64,000 nucleotides of DNA, from the IMG/VR virus record IMGVR_UViG_3300028844_005252. The stretch is one strand, 5' to 3'. This stretch comes from an uncultured virus (IMG/VR IMGVR_UViG_3300028844_005252) (taxonomy: Duplodnaviria; Heunggongvirae; Uroviricota; Caudoviricetes). Below the pieces are notes generated by a model. That model was not told where the DNA came from. It was given only the letters and a program-made list of their open reading frames with translations, and did no database searches. This document shows, one piece after another, positions 1 through 8,563 of this stretch; position 1 is the first letter of the stretch, and every line of letters begins with the position of its first letter. The translations under genes were made by a program, and so were the position numbers.

Positions 1-1357
1 TATATACAAGGATGAAAGCTCTAAGCGTGGGCAGGACGAGAAAAAAGAAAACACAGACCGAGACCAGGCATCTTATAAATCTAAAGGTGCGTGGGAACAC
101 GAGCTACCTCAGAATTTAGAAAACTCGTTCGGGGTATACGACCCTTTTTCGGGATCGTATATTGTGTATGTCGAGTCTAAAGAGTACCTAGCTTGGAAAG
201 AAGCTAATAATAAAACTATTATTGAAGAAGATGACTTTGTATGCCCCGCGGATGAGGATGTACCTAATTCTGATCCTATTATTTTAGAACACCCCGAGCC
301 AAACCCCGAACCAGACCCGGTAAAAGTCCAACCACCAGAAGAGCCCGTAATCCCAGATGATCCGGTTATGGCTGAACCTTGTGGCTCTGACGAGGTTGTT
401 CATACAGGTGGTAAAAGCTACCCCGAACCTCATGTAATAGAGTTTGATCTTGGATCTGATACGGGTGAAGTGACTTTAGAAGTAAATCCAATTATAGCTC
501 CCGATAGATTTGTAGTAGAATTTAATGGGGAAGAGGTTGTTGACACCGGTTTCTTAAGTAAAGCCCCAGCCAGAGGTGCTTCTGAAATGGGTGAAGCCAA
601 AGGAGAAGAAGTTATCGACTGGCAAGAAAGCGGTGGTATATTTACATTTAAAAAAGAAACCACTCACGCGATAGCCAAACTTAAAGTATACGCACCTGGC
701 GATTTAACTCGGTGGACAGCTAAGATGAGTTGTCCAGTACCCGAAAGTAGACCCGTTTCTTGCCCATTAGAGGATTTATCGGAAAATTTTGTAATATTTA
801 ATACTTTCTACCTAAAAGCAGGTAGGCTAACTAAGGAAACTTTAGATTGTTTAATAGATTATTATGACCGGGGTGACCTTAGAGATGAGCTTCACGAACT
901 ATTTGACCAATCTGTAGAATGGGGGGTACCTATCTGGATCGGTAATCCGGCAGCTACGGACGCTCATGCTTTTTACGGCCCAGGCCCAAGATCGGCCAGT
1001 AATATACAAGACCAAGTATTAATAGCTATGGGTGGTGAAAAAGGTTTAATCATGATACACGGGCATACTTTACCTGCTGATGGGGGTAATAAACCAATGG
1101 AGCAGTTTACCGAATCATTTAGACACGAGATGGTTCACGCCGCACAAGATGTAGAAGATGGAATAGATAACACAACTCTTGAAACCGTAAGTACCGACAA
1201 CAGAAAAGTATTTAACCAACACGGTCAAAAAGAGGTAAACACATTTTACGCAACAAAGAGCCCCCTCATACAAGCTTTAGAGTTAGAGGCTAACTCGGCT
1301 GAAATTGATATGGATTTAGTAAGATTAGCTTTTGAATTAGCTGAGGACGGAATATGA
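1..1357 (+). CDS. Tail/virion protein, 5'-truncated by the window, with Pro/Glu linker and C-terminal HExxH zincin-like motif
   Basis: Frame is open from base 2, upstream of the called GTG at 164. FRHEMVHAAQ near the C-terminus. Lies in the structural cluster. Confidence 0.55.
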   Translation, partial: IYKDESSKRGQDEKKENTDRDQASYKSKGAWEHELPQNLENSFGVYDPFSGSYIVYVESKEYLAWKEANNKTIIEEDDFVCPADEDVPNSDPIILEHPEPNPEPDPVKVQPPEEPVIPDDPVMAEPCGSDEVVHTGGKSYPEPHVIEFDLGSDTGEVTLEVNPIIAPDRFVVEFNGEEVVDTGFLSKAPARGASEMGEAKGEEVIDWQESGGIFTFKKETTHAIAKLKVYAPGDLTRWTAKMSCPVPESRPVSCPLEDLSENFVIFNTFYLKAGRLTKETLDCLIDYYDRGDLRDELHELFDQSVEWGVPIWIGNPAATDAHAFYGPGPRSASNIQDQVLIAMGGEKGLIMIHGHTLPADGGNKPMEQFTESFRHEMVHAAQDVEDGIDNTTLETVSTDNRKVFNQHGQKEVNTFYATKSPLIQALELEANSAEIDMDLVRLAFELAEDGI

Positions 1358-2094
1358 TCGAAGATACAACAGCTCAAGTAACTAAAGAAATAATAGTCGA
1401 AGGTAAAAGACCCGACTTTTTAGGTTGGGCAAGACCTCCCAAGTACAAAGGGTATGTTTTTAGTGAAAACAACAGCTCACTCGCGGGGCCTATGTCTCAG
1501 CAAAATTTGACAACTATCACTGCTGATCAAAAAGCGGGTAACCTTTATGCCGTTAATGAATCTAACGAACTTTTGGAGACTAACATAAAAGAAATAAGTG
1601 ATCAGACATTTTCTAAAGCACCAGATGATTTATGGTGGGACATAGAATACCCGCTAGGGGTAGATGAGTACGGTATCGTTGGTTCGGAAACGGACGGAGC
1701 TTTTGCATACAGAGGTAAAGCTTTACAAGCTCCTTTTAATGAACCAATGACGGGTGAGGCCTATATTACGGATCCTTTATATTTTAGAGATTCTTATTTA
1801 TCAATAATTGAAACTAACTGGGTACACTTAGGTGATGAGCATAATGAAAAACAGATTCATCGGTTAGATCTTTCTTTTCACAAGAACTCCACGGGTCATT
1901 TATGGGGTTACGGTAAATCTGATGACGGTTTGGTCAAGGGTCAGTATAAAGGGTTAATACAAGAACATATGAAAGTGTTCATGAATCTGAGAGGTCGAAG
2001 ATTTAAATTCAAACTATTCGTAGCCACTCACGACAACTACCCATGGGCGCTTAGGGAAATGTCAATTGGGCATTTATTTGGAAAGTCTTTTTAA
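1354..2094 (+). CDS. Putative tail tubular/stabilisation protein (C-terminal-type domain)
   Basis: ATGA-coupled to the previous ORF. Beta-rich C-terminus (IETNWVHLG...LRGRRFKFKL) resembles podovirus tail stabilisation proteins. Confidence 0.45.
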   Translation: MIEDTTAQVTKEIIVEGKRPDFLGWARPPKYKGYVFSENNSSLAGPMSQQNLTTITADQKAGNLYAVNESNELLETNIKEISDQTFSKAPDDLWWDIEYPLGVDEYGIVGSETDGAFAYRGKALQAPFNEPMTGEAYITDPLYFRDSYLSIIETNWVHLGDEHNEKQIHRLDLSFHKNSTGHLWGYGKSDDGLVKGQYKGLIQEHMKVFMNLRGRRFKFKLFVATHDNYPWALREMSIGHLFGKSF

Positions 2095-2648
2095 TGAGTG
2101 AATTAATTACTAAAGCGGAAGTTAACGAGAACTTAGAAATATTACTAGGGCTTCCTCGTAAAATAGAAGCTGGTGTACAGACATCGATTAATTATGTTGT
2201 AATTTGTACTCATGCCGGAAGCCCCGAACTTGTGTCTAGTGAAAATGATTTATTTGTTGTACGGGACGAAGACGGTAGAGATGTAACAAATTATTATTGG
2301 TGGGCTAGGCCGGGGAAATATACGGTAGATGTTGTCACTTTTGCAATTTGTCCGGCTATTGGCCCCGAAAAAGCCCCGAGAAATCTAACTTATTTAACTA
2401 ACCCACCACCAATATCAGGGTTAAAAAGCTACGATTACGATAAACTTAGAGCGGCTTTAGATGCCAACCCACCGTCTAGTCTTGAAGTTGAGGATAAGTC
2501 ATTCACCCACAGATCGAGCCCTTTTAATGCAAAATTAATTAATTTAAGATTGAATATAGAACCAACAAACGCGACGGTCTCAGATTTGAATTTTAACAGT
2601 AATTCCGATTCTCAGCCTACAGATGTTCAATTACAAACGCTTACCTAG
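2094..2648 (+). CDS. Virion protein with P-x-x-L repeats
   Basis: TAATG coupling. Repeats APRNLTY, PPSSLEV, QPTDVQL. Confidence 0.5.
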   Translation: MSELITKAEVNENLEILLGLPRKIEAGVQTSINYVVICTHAGSPELVSSENDLFVVRDEDGRDVTNYYWWARPGKYTVDVVTFAICPAIGPEKAPRNLTYLTNPPPISGLKSYDYDKLRAALDANPPSSLEVEDKSFTHRSSPFNAKLINLRLNIEPTNATVSDLNFNSNSDSQPTDVQLQTLT

Positions 2649-2674
2649 AAATAACTCTAAACTATATTTAAAAT

Positions 2675-5600
2675 ATGGCAGACATAAGAATTAACTGGGA
2701 GCCCCCTATAGACAAATCGATAGTAGATTCGATATCAATTTATAGATATGCGGGAGAAACATCCGATTGTAATATAATCCTTAGTGACGGAGTTTTAGTG
2801 GTTGAAAATTTAGCTGCTGACTCAGATAACTATGATGATCTTGGTATAGCCGATTCGAATCACTACAGTTACGGTGTGTTTTCTAAGAATGTAACAGGTT
2901 TCTCGCCTTGTGCTCATGCTAGTCTTTCTTTAGTCCCAACAATCGACGGAAGTCCAACTGATTTAACGGCCGTTTATGTCGCAGCTGCACCAGTAGAAGG
3001 GCCAACGAACATCGTACCAACGATAGAAGTGGCACCAAAATATGGGATTGATACGGGTATTTTTGTTTACCCATTATTCATAACTGAAGCGGAGTCTGAT
3101 TATTACGATTCTCAATTTGGCGGGACTGGTACAAGTCATACAATGACTTATAATTCCGTGACTTATTATATGCCGGACAACGGGAGTACTCACGCCGGTA
3201 CGGAAGCACCAACTTTTGTCACAATAAATGGTAATGATTTCAATTATGCCCAAGTCGTAACTGGGCTCGAGTTAGGTAATAAACCCGGCAATAATGAGGG
3301 GCCGACATCACTTGCTCTCAAAGTTGATATGGACGAAGATGGTTTTTATGCCGATGTTGATGTCGATGACAATGATGATTCGGTAAATATTGCACCCGCT
3401 GCAAACAGTGCTCCTACTGGTTTAACATCCATAGAACAGGCGGTCGCTCCGACTAATGGGCCTACTGCTTTGGGAACAACCGCAAGCCCAGTAAATGGGC
3501 CAACCGATTTAACTTCTACGGAACAAATAGTAGCTCCAGCTAATGGGCCAACCGATTTAACATCTACGGAACAAATAGTAGCTCCAGCTAATGGGCCAAC
3601 CGATTTAACTTCTGTAGAAGAAATACTAGCTCCAACCAGCGGGCCAACCGACTTAACTACTCTTGCGAACCCTAATGAAGCTCCTTCTGCTTTAGGAGTA
3701 ACGGCAAACCCTAATGATGCTCCTACTAGTTTAACTTCTGTAGAAGAAATACTAGCTCCAACCAGCGGACCAACAAACTTAACTACTCTTGTCGATGCCG
3801 ATGAGGACGGTTACTATGCCGATGTAGACCTGGATGACAACGACGAAAATATGGGTTTGTACCCCACTAATGTCGATATTACTTTTGATGGTTATGATTC
3901 TACATACGCTCAAATGTTTAGCTCAAATGAGCCCGAACTTTATTATATAGAAGGGTATAGTTATATAAGGAGAAATGGAGATAGCCCGATGGTTAGTCAG
4001 CCAGGTACTTCGACTAACACTATATTTATTAGACAAGGTCAGACGGTTACTTTTACAAATAACACGACCAATATGTTTTATGTCAGAAAACAAACTGATC
4101 TTAGTGTAAATTTACTTTCAATAATGGGCGTTAACGCTCCTTCAAACACAGGCACTTATACTTTCAACGAACTGGGTCAGTACGGGTGGAAAGAAAATGA
4201 TTCGGGCTCGGTTTACCTTAAATTTAGGGTTGTATCGGCAACCGCCCCACTTGACTCATTCCAAATTTTAGACCAGGGAGCAGCAGCCGGTCAAAGTTTC
4301 GCGGGTGACTATACTTGGGATTATTACGAAAATAACCCTTCATCATTAGGTTGGTTACAAGACATAGAGCAAAACGGTAATACTACTTTTACAATACCGT
4401 CGGGTTATTCAACTACATACGCGACTATCCTCTATAGAAAAACGGGGACTGTCTGGAGTCATACAGGTTATGGTGATGCTTTAATTAGATTTGAATCTTT
4501 AAGCAACGGACAAGATACTAAGAATTATCTTTACGCTACTTTTGGTGCGTCTGTTAGTACTCAGCAAATTTTAATTTACGAAATTACCGATCAAAGACCC
4601 TACACGCTTGGGGAGGTTCTTCCGAGTTGGTTCATAAGTGAACTAGCGGCAGAAGATTACCACATATCATACACCAAAAGACCAATTGATTCGCCAGCAA
4701 ATATCACCGCTGTTGAAGAGGTAGTAGCACCGACTACTGGGCCGACTGACATAACAGCTGAAGAACAGTGGTCCTATAATGCAACACAAGGAGATACTTT
4801 AACTAACACATTAGCGACAGATGTAGACCTAGAAATGCTTTATGTGGAACCTGGCACTTTCACGATGGGAAGTCCATACACAGGGCTGACGACTACTCAA
4901 GATCAAACTGAGCATCAAGTTCAACTGAAAAAAGGTTTTTACTTGAGTAAGTATGAAGTTACGGGAGCACAATACGAAGCAGTGATGACAGGGAATACTG
5001 ATGGGCTGAGTGCTATGCCAGGACAATGGGCTTTCGCTCCAAACCGCCCGGTGGAACAAGTATCATGGGATGATATCCAGATTTTCCTAAGCCGTTTGAA
5101 TGCTCAGCAATCTGAAAATATTCCCGCTGGATGGCAGTATGTCCTGCCCACCGAGGCTCAATGGGAATATGCCTGTCGTGCGGGTACGACCACTCCATGG
5201 TCAGTTGGGAATGGGACCAATCTCTTAGCGGCAGATGGAAATTTCGGAAACCAAAGGACATTTACCCTTCATGTCGGAATGTTTGAACCGAACCCATGGG
5301 GCTTTTATGATGTGCATGGAAATGTCAGGGAATGGACTGCGGATTGGTACGACGCTACATATCCTGTTGGCGACCCTGTAATTGATCCCACCGGACCGGC
5401 ATCGGGCTCGCTTCGGGTCGCACGGGGTGGAGGCTACACGGACGGAGGGGGTACATCAACTTCGTCCTATCGATACAGCATCGCCCCAGACGTCCGCAAC
5501 AACGACCTTGGCTTTCGAGTAGCTTTAGCGCCATCGACAACTTATTCAGCAAAACTTGATGCACTCGTTTTTCCTGGGGCACAGATTACGAACGGTTTTT

Positions 5601-5830
5601 ATGCAGAATATTCAGGTTCGGATGGGTATCTCGAAGTAACCTCGACGACCGCTACATGGACTGGGGAATTCGCATTAAACTTAGTTATCTGGAGTCAAAG
5701 TGATGGGGATAACCTTGCAACTACGACTAACTTTCTCGCGGGTTGGAATATCGCGGTTGGAACTTACTCAAATGGCGCCTATCAAGATCTAACCGTTTCG
5801 TCCAACTCGCCTTTGGCAACGGCAACATAA
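2675..5830 (+). CDS. Mosaic adhesin/decoration protein: FN3-like N-terminus, GPTxLT repeats, acidic DxDxDG motifs, FGE-sulfatase (SUMF1/C-type lectin fold) domain
   Basis: FGE-sulfatase motifs PGTFTMGS, YEVT, PVEQVSW, LPTEAQWEYACRAG, PNPWGFYDVHGNVREW, RGGGY, LGFRV. Two copies of D(M/A)DEDG(F/Y)YADVD(V/L)DDND. Confidence 0.8.
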   Translation: MADIRINWEPPIDKSIVDSISIYRYAGETSDCNIILSDGVLVVENLAADSDNYDDLGIADSNHYSYGVFSKNVTGFSPCAHASLSLVPTIDGSPTDLTAVYVAAAPVEGPTNIVPTIEVAPKYGIDTGIFVYPLFITEAESDYYDSQFGGTGTSHTMTYNSVTYYMPDNGSTHAGTEAPTFVTINGNDFNYAQVVTGLELGNKPGNNEGPTSLALKVDMDEDGFYADVDVDDNDDSVNIAPAANSAPTGLTSIEQAVAPTNGPTALGTTASPVNGPTDLTSTEQIVAPANGPTDLTSTEQIVAPANGPTDLTSVEEILAPTSGPTDLTTLANPNEAPSALGVTANPNDAPTSLTSVEEILAPTSGPTNLTTLVDADEDGYYADVDLDDNDENMGLYPTNVDITFDGYDSTYAQMFSSNEPELYYIEGYSYIRRNGDSPMVSQPGTSTNTIFIRQGQTVTFTNNTTNMFYVRKQTDLSVNLLSIMGVNAPSNTGTYTFNELGQYGWKENDSGSVYLKFRVVSATAPLDSFQILDQGAAAGQSFAGDYTWDYYENNPSSLGWLQDIEQNGNTTFTIPSGYSTTYATILYRKTGTVWSHTGYGDALIRFESLSNGQDTKNYLYATFGASVSTQQILIYEITDQRPYTLGEVLPSWFISELAAEDYHISYTKRPIDSPANITAVEEVVAPTTGPTDITAEEQWSYNATQGDTLTNTLATDVDLEMLYVEPGTFTMGSPYTGLTTTQDQTEHQVQLKKGFYLSKYEVTGAQYEAVMTGNTDGLSAMPGQWAFAPNRPVEQVSWDDIQIFLSRLNAQQSENIPAGWQYVLPTEAQWEYACRAGTTTPWSVGNGTNLLAADGNFGNQRTFTLHVGMFEPNPWGFYDVHGNVREWTADWYDATYPVGDPVIDPTGPASGSLRVARGGGYTDGGGTSTSSYRYSIAPDVRNNDLGFRVALAPSTTYSAKLDALVFPGAQITNGFYAEYSGSDGYLEVTSTTATWTGEFALNLVIWSQSDGDNLATTTNFLAGWNIAVGTYSNGAYQDLTVSSNSPLATAT
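3494..3790 (+). repeat. Coding tandem repeats (48-nt unit, NGPTDLTSTEQIVAPA, and degenerate copies)
   Basis: Units start at 3494, 3542 and 3590. The segment encoding TSVEEILAPTSGPT is also duplicated. Confidence 0.9.
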
Positions 5831-5881
5831 CTCAAATTACAACCGCTTTAAACTAACCTTAAACTCAAATATATTCTAATC

Positions 5882-6223
5882 ATGGCAAATGTACTATTAA
5901 ATTGGACAGCACCCGCGGATACATCTAATATCACGGGAATTGTAATCTTAAAAAAATCCGTAACAGCGGGAGCAGCCGCCCCATCATGTGGTGACTTTAT
6001 TCCAGCTGACATAGTTAGAGGCGCTAACACAGCAGCCGACCTAACCGATAACACCGTTTCTCAAGTAGGTTCGGACATTACTGACGCGACAACTGTTGCG
6101 GCAAATGGTTCTGTAACCGAAACCGGTGTAACCCCTGGAAGCTATTACTACGGAGCTTTTTCTTACAACGCGGCGGGATATTCCCCTTGCGATGTGACAA
6201 ATGACGAACTTGTAATTTCGTAA
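5882..6223 (+). CDS. Small FN3-like virion protein, paralog of the N-terminal domain of 2675..5830
   Basis: VLLNWTAP...YYYGAFSYNAAGYSPC matches IRINWEPP...YSYGVFSKNVTGFSPC. Confidence 0.7.
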   Translation: MANVLLNWTAPADTSNITGIVILKKSVTAGAAAPSCGDFIPADIVRGANTAADLTDNTVSQVGSDITDATTVAANGSVTETGVTPGSYYYGAFSYNAAGYSPCDVTNDELVIS

Positions 6224-6224
6224 A

Positions 6225-7379
6225 CTAAGCTACCCATAGTGCCAGCATGTCTTTGCTTGGCATTAGTTTGGCGTAATATTTCGAAGTAACTGAAGGGCTT
6301 GTATGGCGTAAATAACTTTGCGCAACATACAGGCCCTTAGTTGTTGCTAAATAAGATCCGTAAAGTTTCCTTAATTCATGCAAGGGGCTTTGCCTAGTCC
6401 AGCCGATATCTCTTAATGAGTCTGTTACTTTTTTAAAAGTTTTCTCCGCAACCCGAGCACGATCCGTAACAAGATAATCAAAACCTTCGGATTTTTCTAA
6501 TATCTTAGAACCCCATTCTGTTATGCCGGCTGTGTAGCCATCCAAACCCCCTTTAGGTTTAAATTTACCCTCGGCTTTAATACAAATTGCACAGCGATCA
6601 TCATCTATGTCTACCCAATTTCTCCTAGCAAAAAAGATCTCTTTCCGCCTCATACCAAAGTGTAAAGCTAAAGCCATAATTACAAAATGGTCACCGTCAA
6701 CCTCGTTCATTAACTTAAAAGTGTCTTCAATTAATGATGTCTCCGGCAATGTGTAATCTTTTTTTACCCGATTAAAGAAGATTTCCTTTCGTAAAAAACC
6801 GAGACCTTCAAAGCTCCAGTTTTCTGGGTAATAAGCCATAGCAGTCTCGGAAAATACCGATTTGGCATTTCGAAGAAGAGTATTATAGGATCTTTTCTTT
6901 TCGCCTAAAGTAACTAAATCTTTAATACCCTCGACCCTCCGTTTCTTTTCCTCGCGAAGCATCTTCTTGGTGAGCTTCTTTAAAGGCAGATCCATCGCGT
7001 CCTCGTCCGACAAACCGGTGACCCTATACAACCCCCTACGATAGCATTGAACCGTACGATCGCTTATACCGACTAAATTTTTATTTTCCTTGAGCATGTC
7101 GACAATTAATCCAAGAGTCGGCTGTAGTCGGTCGTCGGTCTTAGGGGTCGGAGTAGCTTTACCCTGCTGTTTTTGAGGCGAGTATTTTAGTAAAGTATCC
7201 GATACTGTATTAAAAACTAAGTAAGCATCGATTTCGTCAGCCATCGCTTTTGCAATGTTTAAATCTTTTCCTAAATTAAAATACAAAGTTTTTTTATCTC
7301 TGACTATTCTGTAAGTCCAGTTTTTCGAACTCTCGTTTCTTTTATAAACACGATTTCCGCGTTTCGTTGTATACTTCAT
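6225..7379 (-). CDS. int: Tyrosine integrase
   Basis: Catalytic set R (FGMRRKEI), K, HxxR (HELRK), H (LRH), Y (KYY). Start moved to ATG 7379 (MKYTTKRG) because the TTG extension runs through att repeats. Confidence 0.9.
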   Translation of the reverse strand: MKYTTKRGNRVYKRNESSKNWTYRIVRDKKTLYFNLGKDLNIAKAMADEIDAYLVFNTVSDTLLKYSPQKQQGKATPTPKTDDRLQPTLGLIVDMLKENKNLVGISDRTVQCYRRGLYRVTGLSDEDAMDLPLKKLTKKMLREEKKRRVEGIKDLVTLGEKKRSYNTLLRNAKSVFSETAMAYYPENWSFEGLGFLRKEIFFNRVKKDYTLPETSLIEDTFKLMNEVDGDHFVIMALALHFGMRRKEIFFARRNWVDIDDDRCAICIKAEGKFKPKGGLDGYTAGITEWGSKILEKSEGFDYLVTDRARVAEKTFKKVTDSLRDIGWTRQSPLHELRKLYGSYLATTKGLYVAQSYLRHTSPSVTSKYYAKLMPSKDMLALWVA

Positions 7380-7419
7380 GTTGTACCTTTTTTTGACCCT
7401 GTTATGTTTATGTTTAAAC

Positions 7420-7484
7420 ACCACATGTTGTGGAAGCGTCAATCAGAGTCCAGTATTGGTGCGGATAACTACCACATGTTGTGG
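7420..7484. repeat. Direct repeat ACCACATGTTGTGG x2, probable integrase arm-type or operator sites
   Basis: Identical 14-mers at 7420-7433 and 7471-7484, each quasi-palindromic, between int and the att core. Confidence 0.7.
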
Positions 7485-7495
7485 TTTTTGGCTAA

Positions 7496-7535
7496 ATTTA
7501 CAGTCCGCATCCTTTAGCCACTTGGATACCCTACC
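7496..7535 (-). other. attP core: 5' half of a tRNA-Tyr(GTA) gene
   Basis: Minus strand GGTAGGGTATCCAAGTGGCTAAAGGATGCGGACTGTAAAT gives acceptor 5' strand, D-arm, anticodon 5' stem and CTGTAAA loop, then similarity stops. Adjacent to the integrase. Confidence 0.85.
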
Positions 7536-7545
7536 AGGCAGTTGA

Positions 7546-7574
7546 TTGACAATGCTTTACAAAAATGTGATATT
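7546..7574 (+). promoter_or_regulatory. Sigma70-type promoter for 7608/7837
   Basis: TTGACA-N17-GATATT. Confidence 0.5.
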
Positions 7575-7607
7575 TATAGTGAAATTGCGTGACCCTCTTT
7601 TGAACTT

Positions 7608-7862
7608 ATGGATTGGTTAAAAAATAGTGGAGAATTAGAAAAGCCTTTAATTAAAACGATTGGTGAAAGTGTAGAAGCTCTTGTGGATGAATTGATACCT
7701 GAGCTGAAACTTGCCGCCTATGAAAATGATTCTACGGCTAATGTCGAGTGTAAAATAAATGTAACATTTGTTGATAACACTTTTGAAGTAGAGACCATCG
7801 GTCAAGTCGAATTTCCGGCAAGGATCATTAAGGTCAATGCTGTGGAGGAAAAAGATGCTTGA
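7608..7862 (+). CDS. Hypothetical protein
   Basis: ORF downstream of a predicted promoter, coupled to the next ORF. Confidence 0.55.
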   Translation: MDWLKNSGELEKPLIKTIGESVEALVDELIPELKLAAYENDSTANVECKINVTFVDNTFEVETIGQVEFPARIIKVNAVEEKDA

Positions 7863-8163
7863 TGAACTAGGCTTAACTAAAGACTTTGTTCAAAACTCTT
7901 TTGGTGTAACTTCAGATAAAGTAGAGCTTGATAAAAAAAACTATTTAGATGTCGAAGATCAAAAACGAATTCGGCGTAGACTTAAGCAGTATTCTAATTT
8001 CATCATAGCCAGATTTGAGCAAGGCTATGCTCCTTTTACAATTGCTCAATTGTTAGGAGTGTCCGAAGAGTCTATCAGGTCGAGACTTAGAAAGGCGGGG
8101 TTGTTTAATTCAGAAGGACCTGGTCGCCCGAAGAAAACCCGAAATAGTTCCAACGGTCTCTAA
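7837..8163 (+). CDS. HTH DNA-binding protein (possible recombination directionality factor or regulator)
   Basis: GYAPFTIAQLLGVSEESIRSRL helix-turn-helix, next to attP. Confidence 0.6.
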   Translation: MLWRKKMLDELGLTKDFVQNSFGVTSDKVELDKKNYLDVEDQKRIRRRLKQYSNFIIARFEQGYAPFTIAQLLGVSEESIRSRLRKAGLFNSEGPGRPKKTRNSSNGL

Positions 8164-8563
8164 ATTTCTCATACTGGCCTTTTGAGTGTCTTTTGTGTGG
8201 GTACACATGAACAATAGATGCGGTTATTTTTTTAACAGGTACTATGTACCAAGCGTCTTTTTCGGCTATGAATATTACTAAATAATTAACATTAGTGTCT
8301 CGAAGATGTACGCGATCACCCATACAAGTTCCTTTTACTTGGTAGCGGATAGACTCTTCAGCCAACCCGTGTTCTAATTTACTACCGGTTCTAACTTGAA
8401 CGATAATAGGCTTTCCGGTTTTTTTATTAAAAATAACAATATCAAAACAAGCGGGATCGCCCCACGGGACGCAAGGACATAAACCTCTATTGTAGGCTTC
8501 AAAACAAAATCGTAATTCTCCCGCCGTACCTCGCTCGGAATTTATTCCCGTTTTATAATCCAC
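8105..8563 (-). CDS. PD-(D/E)XK endonuclease (PDDEXK_5-like)
   Basis: GTAGE...PWGD...FDIV...IVQVR pattern. Confidence 0.7.
   Translation of the reverse strand: MDYKTGINSERGTAGELRFCFEAYNRGLCPCVPWGDPACFDIVIFNKKTGKPIIVQVRTGSKLEHGLAEESIRYQVKGTCMGDRVHLRDTNVNYLVIFIAEKDAWYIVPVKKITASIVHVYPHKRHSKGQYEKFRDRWNYFGFSSGDQVLLN

Noticed and set aside
3494..3790. CRISPR array
   Set aside because: In-frame coding tandem repeats without unique spacers; no cas operon.
5400..5530. Diversity-generating retroelement
   Set aside because: No template repeat or reverse transcriptase found in the window.
7496..7535. Functional tRNA-Tyr gene
   Set aside because: The 3' anticodon stem, T-arm and acceptor 3' strand are absent.
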